Assembly (NCBI GenBank): GCA_964016885.1
Contig: OZ024745.1
Location: 98,952,001-99,016,000 of the forward strand
DNA: 64,000 nt
Origin: Eledone cirrhosa
Lineage: Eukaryota
Reading direction: 5' to 3'
Below are positions 50,067-63,573 of the stretch, in pieces (position 1 is the stretch's first letter; each line of letters begins with the position of its first letter). The position numbers and the translations under genes are program-made. The notes beneath the pieces are model-generated. The model was not told the DNA's origin. It saw only the letters and a list, made by a program, of their open reading frames with translations, and ran no database searches.

Positions 50067-53000
50067 ACAATAATAATTCATATGATTACTCTTTCATTAA
50101 CTGCTATTTTAGTAGAGGTATATTTTGGCAAGCTATCAAATATAAATAACAGACAGTAGTTCTTTGCAGCATAAAAATCCTAATTTATTTACCTAAAAAA
50201 CAAAAAAATTCAAGAAATCAAAATTCTGTTTATTGACATCATCATCAGAGGAGGTGAGCAGTAGCCATGAACATTACAAGTCCTCCAAGGCTAATGAGAC
50301 TGACTCAACTTGTTCAATATCTACAGGAAAAAAAAAAAAAATCGATGCAAAGGAACCAGGAGCCTAGTCTAAATACTTACAATAAAGTGAACTCTACCAA
50401 AGTAGTAAGTAATTACATTTGGTAAGCTTAATTAGGGACAATTTACTTAAAAGAAGAAATAAATAATTCTTTCATAATCAAATTGGTATAAATTCAAAAC
50501 AGATTATGAATTTATATAATATTTCTTAGTGAAAACTATTTATTTGGTTGGTGTTAACAACTAAAAAGTACTAACTAGAAGAAATACTGAGAGGTATGGG
50601 CCAGCAATTGAGACTATCATCAGCAGCAATTTTACATCAGCTTTTCTATGTTGTTATGAGTTGAAGAAGGCAGCTTTTATTTATTTTTTTTTAACAGCCA
50701 GATGCCCTTTTTTAACCTTTTTTTCATGCTCAGAGTTGCTGAAGCATGGAACAGACTACCTGCATCCTTCAAAACTTCCATGCTTCCTGAAACTTGCCAA
50801 CACTATACCTGATATTCCATCTCCATACATACACATGCATGTGTATGTGTCTGTGTCTGTGTGTATATCAAGACTCATACACAGTTCACTTTCCTGACAT
50901 TTGTACATTATTCTATGTACTATACATGCACCTTTTGATGAGTTGTAGTGCACCTGAGCACTGTACACAATCATTTTCATTATTATTTATGCTAACCTGT
51001 CGGCTGGAACACATATACCATTCATCTTCAACTAGTACGCTGCTGGACATATTGTTTATATGGGTTGGAAACAAATGTCATCAGTTGTTTGACACCCACA
51101 TTAAAATTTTTGTCTACCAAATTCCCTCACAAATCATTGGACAGGATGGACTCTGAAACCATATAGTTGTGAAGTGAACTTAACCATGAAGCCATGCCTG
51201 TACCAATTTACTTGCCAAATATTTATTACAGTATTTTCTGATTTCTATATTGAAAACAAATTGAGTTACAAAGAAAATATCAAATGAATGAGAATTGTTG
51301 AAAAGATTGTATAACATGTTTCTATAAATAGAAAAATATTCAAGAAATGTGAAAATATTTTTAACATATTTCAAATTGTTATTTTTCTACATTCCAATGA
51401 ATAATACTAAGCTCAATTGTCGGTTCATTTGAACAGTGTCCAATATTTTTATAATTTCTAAACTGTTATAACAATCTTGTAACACATACCAACACATTAT
51501 TGAAATACAATAAGAACAGGATTTCTTTTAACATATTACTATTGTCAATCTATTTCCTCTAATACACCATTAACTAACTTCGGCAAGTTTTATAAACAAT
51601 ATTCCTTATTGAAACTGGTGAACTTTTTTTTTTTTTTTTTACTGTCTAGTTCAGAGGGAGAAAAATATCTTGAAATCTAGTCCAGAGGGAGGAAAGTTTT
51701 TCAAATCTAGTAAGGAGGAAACTATCCTCAAAACGAGACTTGACCTGAATGTTTGTAACAAAATAGATGCTGATAAAAGTACCAAATGGCCATGTGGTGG
51801 CTAGCATTAAACTGGATGACAGATTAAGCTACTGTGTGGTTTGAAATCAGAACACAAATACCACAAGGCACCTCGTCCAACACTAACAATTCCATCAATC
51901 CATAGACTGGCTAGAATTGTTAATTTAATATATCAACCCTGAGAGAGTGAAAAGTCAAGGTTGATCATGGTAGGATTTCGAACTCTGAACGCTGAGTAAG
52001 AACAAATACCACAAAGTATTTTGTCCTAAGCTCTTATGCTTGTCAATTTGCCTGTTTTAGCGAATTAAATGATTAAGCTTTGAATGAATTTCAATGAGCT
52101 AGAGTGCTACTTGTGTAAGTACTTACTGCACAACATTATAGCAAAGTTTCAGCTTACAAAGTAGTGTTCGTCTTTATATATATTTAGTTTTTGTTGTTTT
52201 AAAACTTTTACTGTAATATTATCCATTTTTGACACCACATACTACAGTTGGCATCAGAAGTGTCATGCACCATGATAACAAAACCTTTACTACACAAATT
52301 CTTACTACAAATATGGCTGAGCAAAGACTTTACTTATACATAATCATCATCGTTTAACATTCATTTTCCTTACTAGCAAGAGTTGAATGGGTTGTCCCAG
52401 ACCAAGTCAGTATTTAATCAGAGCTACTGAACCCTCAGACAGGCTGTGGACTTCACCTCACTTACTAGGGGGATTGTCGTGTCTGATGCAACTGAAGAGT
52501 CTTCTCTAAGCTTTGTTTGGTGAGTTTTCTTGGCTGGATACCGTTCCTATCACCAACCATTTTACAGAGTACACAGAAGGTGTTTTATCATGTAACCAAC
52601 ACTAAAAAGGTTGTCGCACCTTTCATGCAATGGGAGACACCTCTCAACCCTTTTCTGGCTGGATGCTCTATCACCAAACACTTTACAGGGTGTATTGGGT
52701 GCATTTTTAAAATCTCTTACACTACAGAGGTTGCCACTTTATGACTGGCGGATACTCTCAACCCATTGGTTTGGTTTATATAGTTGGAAGCCCTTCCTAA
52801 ATATAGAAAATCATTTCAAAAATACTGTTTCTTTAATCCCATTATTCTATTACTTGTTTCAGTCATTGGAATGCACTCATTTTTGGTCCCCAGCTTCAAG
52901 GGTATAGACAATTGTATTGACCCTAATATATATTTCAGTCTGGTACAGCCTTTATCAGTGACTATTTGTTGAATTGTTAAGTTACTAGATAAAAGGTGAC

Positions 53001-53180
53001 ATAGAAAAAGCAACACTGGTTTTTAAACCAGTGTAACCATAAACACAAGCATGAATACACACACACACAAACGTACATGTGTGTGTGTGTGTATTCAAAG
53101 TTCATTAGTAGTTATTTTTACTTTCAGTTTACCCAAAAACGGTGTGTTCTAGCATAAATATTTATTATATATATATATAT

Positions 53181-53477
53181 GTGGTTACCCCGTGATACAA
53201 CTCGGGAATATATATTTATATCAATAGTCGATCGACAAGATCCCAGATCTCATTTGCTGAACGAGTGGGGTGGAGCTAGTCAAATTGGACCGAGGAAACA
53301 ATGTTGCCATTGGTCTTTCCAATTGCTAATACTATCTGTTGGTCACAACTCCAGGCAGAAAGAGCAACGTGAAATGAAGTGTCTTGCTCAAGGACATAAC
53401 ACATCACCCAGTCTGGGAATCAAAATCACAACCTCATGATTGCAAATCCAATTCTCTAACCACTCAGCCACGTGCCT
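53181..53477 (-). mobile_element. tRNA-derived SINE family B
   Basis: Minus-strand head aggcacgTGGCTGAGTGGttag...tgtccttgagcaagacactt; another head at about 63060-63170. Confidence 0.7.
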
Positions 53478-53486
53478 ATATATATG

Positions 53487-53795
53487 AATGTGTTGAGAGA
53501 GAAACTGTGTCTGAGAGGCATAGTGTGCGAGAGAGGAGACTGAGGTCGTATGGACATGTGATGCGCATGGAGGATGACCGATGGGTGAAGAGGTGCCAGG
53601 AAATGCCAGTTGAGGGAAGACGTGGTAGAGGTAGACCACGAAAAACATGAGCGGAGGTGGTGAGAACAGACCTCAGATCGCTGAAGCTCACGGTGGAGAT
53701 GATGAAGGACCGTGACAAGTGGAGAGATGCTGTGCTGAAAAGACCCGTCCCACCCTTGCAACCAGGGAAAAGCGAAAGTAAAATGATGATGATGA
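53487..53795 (+). mobile_element. RTE LINE 3' fragment with (GAT)n tail
   Basis: VRERRLRSYGHVMRMEDDRWVKRCQEMPVEGRRGRGRPRKT; highly similar to about 58876-59190. Confidence 0.9.
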
Positions 53796-53829
53796 TATAT
53801 ATATATATATACACATATGCATATTCTTA

Positions 53830-54030
53830 CCGCATGCTCATAGTATCAGAGCTGTGATATCTCAATTCGGAGAAGTATCGGCTCAACTAGAAGTAACTCT
53901 CTGATTTGCAACCGTATTCTTTCAGTCATTACCCAAGATTCATGACCATAGGTAAGGGTTGGCCCAAATACTGAATTGAAGATAGCGAGTTTGGCTTTTA
54001 CATCCCTTCTGATTACTGAATGCTGGAGCA
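53830..54030 (-). mobile_element. RTE (second family) fragment
   Basis: KLAIFNSVFGPTLTYGHESWVMTERIR; matches about 24220-24430. Confidence 0.8.
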
Positions 54031-54992
54031 TTGAGAAAGAGTTATAAAGGAAAAATTGGTCTCAGTACTGACCTGGTACTTTTTTATCGACTTTGAAAAG
54101 ATAAAAGGCAAAATTGACTTCAACAGATTTTGAACTCAGAATTCGGAGAACTGGAATGAATACAGCAAACACTATCCAACAATCTAACGACTTTGCTGCT
54201 TATGATGATAATATGTGATAGCAGCTCCCATATGCACTAAAGCTGGATTCATGTGTAGCCCTCCAGAGGACTTACTGCATTCTTTTATAAGTTCAGTTAA
54301 TTAAAAAAAATATAGAATTCCATATGATAAAATAAAAATAAAACTCAATTTTAGTAATTACTGAACTATCTTTGTTTAGTTAATTACTAAAACAACTGAA
54401 TTGAATTGAAATAGAATTCCACTATGCTATTATAAGATAAATAGCTAACCAACAAGCAAGAGAACAAAATATATATAACTTGCAGACAATGAAATAAATC
54501 ATAGAATATGAACAAGTTTCAAGTTATAAGAATCAAATAGCCTTTTTAAAAAAACAGTAAAAACTTTAGAATAACTAATCCAGAAATATTTCACTGTTGC
54601 TTGAATAATCAGAAATATTTTATTCATTACTGATGCAGTAAATTTATCGATATAACATAGTTCATCGTTATATACAGACAATTTAACAATTGCTAAATCC
54701 ATGTGGTTATTTTACTTGTTTCATAACCAATTTAGAAATTAGAAAAAAAAAAGAAAAAAATTTACAATTCATAGTATTTGAGAATATTTTTGTTTTTCTC
54801 TCTCTATAATCTTATTTTTTTGTTTTGTTTTATGTAATGAATTTCAGACAAACATAACCTGGATGAAAGTGCAATTATTTTGAATACACAATCATTTTTT
54901 TTTTAATGAAGTTAAAAATCACTAATTAATTTATCTGTGAAAATAATTTATTCTTCTGAGTAGCATAATGTAAAATATAAAGAAGATAATAC

Positions 54993-55064
54993 CTGGTTCA
55001 TTTTTTCTGTAAGGCTCCAACAAACGGTTCCTTTTCTTTTCATATCCTTTCTGGGTAATATCAC
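54993..55064 (-). CDS. DIP2: DIP2 homologue, internal coding exon (72 nt, phase 1-1), DMAP1-binding domain: (G)DITQKGYEKKRNRLLEPYRKNEP
   Basis: Minus strand reads tttcttttgtccag|GTGATATTACCCAGAAAGGATATGAAAAG...GAACCAG|gtatta. The peptide matches the DIP2 family motif (LSE)GDITQKGYEKKRxxLL. Too short for the ORF track. Confidence 0.93.
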
Positions 55065-55435
55065 CTGGACAAAAGAAATACATTAAAGAAATGAGTTTAA
55101 ATAATAACTCTGTATATATATATATATAGGAATAATTACATTAGACAGGATGTTAATTTTTTAAAAATATTTTATTCTATTACATAATGTGTTGTGACAT
55201 GTATTTCTAGCTATGTTTGGTGGTCAGTTATGTAAAGCATGTCGAATGGACAAGCCCTCTTCAGACAAGAAAATATAATAATGTTGGAAAAAATAACTAT
55301 CAATATGCCATGTCAAGTGTCATTCTGGCATCTCTCTCTCTATGTATGTATGTATGTATGTATGTATGTATGTATGTATATATGTATGCATATATATATA
55401 TATATACATATGTATATATATATATATATATATAC

Positions 55436-55525
<90 letters not shown>

Positions 55526-55555
55526 GTATATATATACATATGTATGTATATATGT

Positions 55556-56284
55556 ATCATCATCATCATCATCATCATCAGGTTTAGCGTCCGTGTTCCA
55601 CGCTTGCATGGGTTTGGACGGGGGTTTTCCCACTTGAGGCAAGAGTGGTTGTCTTGCTCGCATAGGACTGTCTGGCGGGTTTTCTACAGTTGGATGCCCT
55701 TCCTAACACCAACCACATTTACAGTGTGGGGCTGGGAGGTTTTTACCGTGTTGCCTACACGGCCACATTACAGCGTGGACTGTCTGGCGGGTTTTCTACA
55801 GCTGGATGCCCTTCCTAACACCAACCACATTTACAGTGTGGGGCTGGGAGGTTTTTACCGTGTTGCCTACACGGCCACATTTACAGCGTGGACTGTGTGT
55901 TTTTTGTCGTGACACCTACACGATCTCATTTGTTTCGGCCTGGATGTTGTGGGACCAACATAACTTTACATTGAAAGGGGCGGTGTGGGTGGGGTGGAGG
56001 TGGTGGGACGGGGGTGTGTTTTGATAGAGGTGCCTACTGACTGTAGTAGGTTTTTACTTTGTATTTAGGTAAGGCGGGTCTTCTCTATTACTGAGTACCG
56101 CCAAAGGTCTCGGTCCAGTGACATTGTCTTGGAGAGGTGTAAGCGTGTGAGGTCGGAATTTATCAGCTCGTCCCATGTTTTTCTGGGTCTGCCTACTCCG
56201 TGGCTACCGTCTATCTTTATTGCCCTGCACTTTGTTATACAGCTGTCGTCTTTCATGCGCATCACGTGACCGTACCAACGTAGC
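55556..56284 (-). mobile_element. RTE LINE 3' end plus UTR, with internal 112-bp tandem duplication
   Basis: [40 protein letters not shown]...; reverse complement of 47087-47688; duplicated units start at 55666 and 55778. Confidence 0.9.
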
Positions 56285-57331
<1,047 letters not shown>

Positions 57332-57341
57332 AACGAGTAGG

Positions 57342-57437
57342 ACCCCGACGGCTGAGCTCAAGCCGTTTCGACGGGTAATTCTGGACTAAATGAAAATTTT
57401 CATCCTGGTATATGAATAGCCGAGCTTCTCAGGGGGT
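57342..57437 (-). ncRNA. Type I hammerhead-ribozyme-like motif (Penelope-type), probably a variant or inactive
   Basis: ACCCC-CUGAGAA-G...C-GAAA-CGGC(UUGAGCUCA)GCCG-UC-GGGGU: stems I and III, GAAA and the GUC triplet are intact; A occupies the conserved G8 position. Confidence 0.6.
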
Positions 57438-58287
57438 AATTCCATATATGGTAAAAGTGATTGTCACAAGGATTGGTCAAAAGTTTGTTGTTGAGACACA
57501 TAATTCTATCATGGCAATTTGTGGAGGGAAGGGGTAACTGAACCTGCCAGTAGAAGAAAGAGGGAGAGGGGGTGGAGGAAACCCAGTGGTGCATTGATAG
57601 TGCCAACTACAGCTGAGCAAGAGGTAAAAGAAGTATACTAGGGAGGGGGAGGAAGTCGAAACAATAAGTAAAACAATATGGGGTAAATATATAGAAAAAT
57701 ACTGAGAATGTTAAAAAACAATTAAATGTAAAAAAAAAAAACAATTTCTGGTTACTATGACCTAAGGACAGCTATCAAGTCTCTCACTGGTACTGCTAGA
57801 CTAAAGAAAGGTTTACTAGGTGGGACGGAATTATAATGAGACCCTTTTAAGAGGTATAAGTAATCAACCGAGTATATCTTACGGTGACGGGTCAACGAGT
57901 GGGGGCCCAAAATACTAAAGAAACTACCACGAAATAATAATTCAGAGTCCCGAGACCAGTACAAAATAAAGGTTTCTACCCCAGGCACAAGGCCAGCAAC
58001 CGCCCAGTGCAAAAAACATAAACTAATACGAAATAATAATTCAGAATCCCGAAAAAGAATACTAATACTATCTCTAAGGGTGCTGCCACGATACAAAAAT
58101 TCTAGTGCAAACTACATAAATGCTCGTACGAAGTATATGAAAAATTTTATACGGAAAATTAATTTGAACTGGCAACTGCATGTATGTTAATGTACCCGTG
58201 TGTATGTGTGTGTATGTGTGTGTGTGTGTGTATGTATACACACATATATATATATATACACATATATATATATATATGTGAATCTAT

Positions 58288-59185
58288 CTAAGAGTGAATT
58301 TAGCTAAGATAAAAGTGTTGATGAGTAGAAAAGAGGACAAAACCCTGATTCCGTCAGGGAAATGGCCATGTTCGATATGCAGAAAAAGAACTGGCATAAA
58401 TTCTATAAAATGCACACAATGCAGATCCTGGGTACACAAGAGATGTAGCAGGATAGCAGGCAAACTAACAGGTAGGGAGAAATATGCATGCAGTAGATGT
58501 ACAGGGAAATTAGACAGTAGAAGTCGCACTGATAGACACATTTTTCAAATGCAAGAGGGCGCTATAGAAGTGGTGGATAGCTTCCGGTACCTAGGAGATC
58601 AGATTAGCATGGGAGGAGGGTGTTCCAAGGCCATAATATCTAGAATAAGGACGGGTTGGAAGAAGTTTAGGGAGCTGCTTCCTCTGTTGACGAAGAAGGG
58701 TTTCTCCCTGCGTACGAAAAGCCGGTTGTATGATGCCAGTTGTGTGAGGAGCGCGATGCTGCATGGTAGTGAGACATGGGCAGCAACTGCAGAGGATATG
58801 CGACGGCTGGAGAAAAATGAGGCAAGCATGCTCCGTTGGATGTGCAGTGTAAATGTGCGTAAACGACCCAGCATAAATGTGTTGAGAGAGAAACTGTGTC
58901 TGAGAGGGATAGAATGTAGTGTACGGGAGAGGAGACTGAGGTGGTATGGACATGTGATGCGCATGGAGGATGACCGATGGGTGAAGAAGTGCCAGGAATT
59001 GCCAGTTGAAGGAAGACGCGGTAGAGGTAGACCACGAAAAACATGGGCGGAGGTGGTGAGAACAGACCTCAGATCATTGAAGCTCACGGTGGAGATGACG
59101 AGGGACCGTGACGAGTGGAGAGATGCTGTGCTGAATAAGACTCGTCCCACCCTTGCAAGCAGGGAAAAGCGGATGTAAAATGATG

Positions 59186-59190
<5 letters not shown>
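58288..59190 (+). mobile_element. RTE LINE 3' fragment, open frame 58294-59178, with PHD-like C4HC3 insert and (GAT)n tail
   Basis: VNLAKIKV..., [39 protein letters not shown] are RTE RT-thumb and C-terminal motifs; flanked by (TA)n on both sides. Confidence 0.92.
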
Positions 59191-59228
<38 letters not shown>

Positions 59229-59485
59229 ATATATATATATATATACAAACACACAGGAATTGAGAAAATGATGAGATTGTATTTCCATACTTTACTGTAA
59301 TTTCCATATTTTTATTAAGTTTATAAAATTATGTCGTCCTGGATTTATGGAAGGTACTTCATCAGATGTAAGTAAGTTGTTACAATAAGATCTACTCTTT
59401 TGACATTAACAACATCATTTATATATTGTAGTAGTCCTTGAGTAGAAAGAAGTAGATGTGGCCAAACGGATGTAAGTATATATAT

Positions 59486-59642
59486 ATTACATAATAAACA
59501 ACTCAATATAATTATTCAATTACCAAAGGTTTCAAGCTAACTATTTCATCTGATGAACGAGCAGGATGCTTCTGTAAGAATCGTCTAATTTCTTGAAACC
59601 TTTGGTAATGGAATAATTATATTATGTTGTTTATTATGTAAT
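59486..59642. repeat. 51-bp inverted repeat (3 mismatches) around a 55-bp spacer
   Basis: Arms at 59486-59536 and 59592-59642. Confidence 0.9.
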
Positions 59643-62600
59643 TAAATAGCTCTTCTTTCCTTTACCTTTTCTACGGAAATACTTAACACACACACACACA
59701 TATATATCCCACCACTTGGATCCCGTTGTTGTTTTGATTTCTTTTTGAAACCACAGGTTGAGCCTCAGTTTCTCAAAAAACAGAAAAGTTAGGTACCTCT
59801 CAATCACAATTTTGGATAAACAACCTCTGCTTCTCAGAAATGGCTAGCTGCATACTTCATCCAATAAGACAAACTTAACAGATTCATCTTTTCTCCTTTC
59901 ATCCCCCATTTTGTCTTAACTCTGATCCTGCAGAGAACACTTTTATTCTACTGTATCCAGAACATTAACTTTATAGAACAGCCTCCCAGCCCATATTTTT
60001 CCAGCAAATATCAACCTAGAAATGTTTCATCTGAACATCAACCACATCCATCTCACCAGTCTGGTAATGTTTGTAGAGGTAAGCAATGTCTTGCATCCAC
60101 TGACTAACTAATAAAAGAAAATTTATTTTTTAAATCAGTTAGTAGGAATAAAAAAAATAATAAAAAAACAAAAAAAAACAACGAAATTCTAAAACTTCTG
60201 TTGTTAAATGTCACTGACTACTCACTTATAGAAACAACTTATAAGAACTTGGCTTTCTATCCCAACCTACTCTGAAACATTCCTTAGCTTATCCATTATG
60301 ATCTAGATCAGCACTGGACAAGTACAAGAGCACCTTGATGCACTCAACAACAACAGTAGATAGAGACAGCAATAGATAGTTGATCTCAACATAGAACTGC
60401 CAGAAGCCACTTTTCATCTTAAATACTTGGTTCTTTTCTCTGTTTGCTCTGACTTTACTCTTGGCACAACCTGTTTGCCAGTCACCTAAGCAATCTCAAT
60501 GATCACAGTTAAAAGATGTTCAGCATGTGGCTTAGTGAGAAACATTCTGGTTCAAAATGACACTGTTACATTTGGTAAATATAGACTGTATGTTTGATTC
60601 TACCTAGACAGAAATAGTTATAATTCTCAGATTATCCTGTTGTTGTTGTTGTTGTTGTTGTTATAAAATTATCTTTATTTAAAGGTCTCATAAATCTTTT
60701 TCACAGTTGCAGAACTGTTAAACATATGGAAGATAAAATGGAAAAGCAACAACATCATCTGTTCTTGCACATAACTGTTGATAGCATTTAGTTTCATATA
60801 GTTTTACCTTGAGGAAGGGTAATTAATGAGAATAAACACCATCTACAATGATTTATTTCCATACCAGCCACTACCTCTCACACTATACAATCAGCAGTGA
60901 CTCACCCACTTTATGTTCCTACTATACACATTTTGAGTAGAGACAAATGTTTTGAAGAATAGTAGAAGATGGTAAAGATAAATGAAACTGACCTTCATAC
61001 AGTTAGCTAAACCCAGTCTCACTGCCTGCTATATATGTTACTTACTGTAATAATCATTTAAAGAGTTTTGAGATTTTTTTTTTTTGTCAGTTTTTATTTA
61101 TTCATTTATTTATTTATTTTGTTTATCATTTTGTTGGGGAGATGTTTTATGATCAAATATCTTTTCTTTTTTTTTTACTAGAAGTAGTTTTAAATGTTTT
61201 ATTATGACACTATGAAAGTATAAAGAACAGCAACAAAATCGAAAATACAAAATCTCATGGAAATTTGGCGACTACAGTATAAAATTCAGGGACTATAAAT
61301 AATTCTGTTCCATTAATGAAAACAGAACAAAAAAAAGCTTCACTTCAAATTTAATTGTAAACTATGAAGTAGTTTTTATGAAACGGATGAAATTAACAAG
61401 AAAAAAATATATCTAAAACAAAAACAAAAAAATGGAATACATTTGTAGTTTATCTTAAAATTCTACAATGTTTCTTAATAAATATAAAAATCGTAGAAGA
61501 CTTTGCAAAGAAACAGCATTCACAGACACAAAATAGAAATAAAAATGAAATTCAGTGGCATTTTGAAATGAATAGTTATCAAAACAAACACTAGTAATAA
61601 ATACCTCGATAACTTAACATTAAGTAAAAATTAGTAGTCATAATTATTTAGCAGAGATGTATTAAGTCAAAGGTAATTCCAAATGTTTGCAACACAGTGG
61701 GCACCAATAAAGGCACCTAAAGATGGTGTTGTGATGTTAAACTGGGTAAGGAATTCAGTCTACCCAAATATGTCAGAGTGGAATTTGAACTCAAAATGCA
61801 AAAGTCTGGTACAAATGCTGCAAAACATCTTGTCCACTGCCCTAACAACTCTCCTAATTTGACCCTCGTCACCATTTTACCTCTATTTTCTATGCCTGCA
61901 TGAGTTGCTGATATCATATTAGTGTAGGGGGATTAGAATATTAATAAATGTTAACAGTGTAAGCCTATTATTTTTTCTTATTCAAATTCTACACTATATA
62001 ATTATATATAAAGAAAACAACATAAGCCAACAAGAAAATTTCTATGACATAAATAATCTCTAAATATTGCAGTCAAATCACCCACCACAAACTAACATGT
62101 CTTTAAAAACAGAGTTCATTTATTTTAAGGAGAGGATCACATAATTTCATACCATAGATCTATCTATTCAGAGCTGAGTAAGATTAACCCTTTTGATTTC
62201 AAACCATCTGAAACTATATATTTCTCTAAAAATCTTCCATCATAATTTATGTAAGAACCTACTGAATCTTTCCAAATTCTTGATTATTTTCCAAAATTTT
62301 TGAAAATCATAGGCAATGATTTTCATTAGAAATATGGTAGTGAAAGATCAGCAGCTACAGCAAAAACAACAATAATTGAACATTAAGTCATTGCAAACCA
62401 ACTTTTCATTTTAAAATTTCATCATTAAATTAATTTTGACACCAACAATAAATACCCAGTAATAACATATTACCGATTTTTTAAAACTTTGTTTTCTGTA
62501 TTTCAGTAAAAGAACTTTATTAAATAGAAATATCAATGAGAATATGTTTTGCTGACATGGGCCAACACAAAAACAGTAATTTTTTTATAGTTCAATAGAT

Positions 62601-62698
62601 ATATGCATTAATAGTTTTACTGCAGCATAGCACTAAACTGGGTAATCAGACATGGCCTGCAACAGCTGTCGAAGCAATACAATAAAGCAATACAAATT

Positions 62699-63573
62699 AC
62701 TGTCTACAACTGCATCAGATTGAACTACTCTCACATGGAGTATAATCCAGTCAAAGAATGCTTTACATGTAGCCATCACTTGCTCTAGATGTATCTCAAA
62801 AACATGGAAAGAACAAGTTAAAATCTGTTTTACATCCAAAACATCACCTTACTAACATATCCTGTATCTGCTAGTAAAGTTGAAGTACCAAATATTAGTC
62901 TTTTACATACAAAGTGAAATAACTGATCCCTGTATTAAAATGAAAAGAAAAGTGAAATTTACAGCTCACACATATGAAGGTTTGGCTGGTCTCCTCCGAA
63001 GTTACATTACATAAGAAGTTTTCTGAACGTTTTAATAAGAGGGGCCTCAATCCTATCCTGAAAAGCAGCATGAAATGAAGTGTTTTGCTCAAGATCACAA
63101 TACACCATTCAATCAAACTCATGACATTATGGTCATGAGTTCAACACCTTAACCACTAAGCCATGTGCCTTTACAATACTTGTTTTATCCTTAATAATTT
63201 GACCACTTAAAAGAATACTAGTTTCTTATATAGATACAAGGTTAGGAAATATTTACTACCATTTCTGGGTCACAGAATACCTTGAATTAAGAGTTGCCTG
63301 CTCTATGACATACTCACATTCTCATTCTCATGTCCTAACAAGCAACTCTCGAATCATTAACATCATGAAGCAATTTTATAATATTGTTTCCACCCACTTA
63401 GCTAATTGAAAATTGCCTTCCTTTGAAGGCGCCTCGTAGAATTCATCTTCACACTGATGACACAAGTGTTAACAATATCAAACTGTCTACAACTGCATCA
63501 GATTGAACTACTCTCACATGGAGTATAATTCAGTTAAAGAATGCTTTACATGTAGCCATCACTTGCTCTAGAT
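62699..63573. repeat. 92-bp direct repeat pair (62699-62790 and 63482-63573; 2 mismatches)
   Basis: actgtctacaactgcatcag...cacttgctctagat occurs twice. Confidence 0.9.

Larger units (their letters stand above)
8567..54992 (-). other. Predicted 46,426-bp DIP2 intron (GT-AG)
   Basis: Lies between the two phase-compatible exons; no other DIP2-like coding sequence was recognised inside it. Confidence 0.75.

Noticed and set aside
58294-59178. 294-aa ORF as a host zinc-finger gene
   Set aside because: RTE motifs, a (GAT)n tail, 5' truncation and several decayed copies in the window.
60985-61030. Minus-strand GAAG|gtcagt as the DIP2 first exon ending in LSEG
   Set aside because: In-frame TAA just upstream and no LxELxLELS motif; the first exon is probably beyond 64000.
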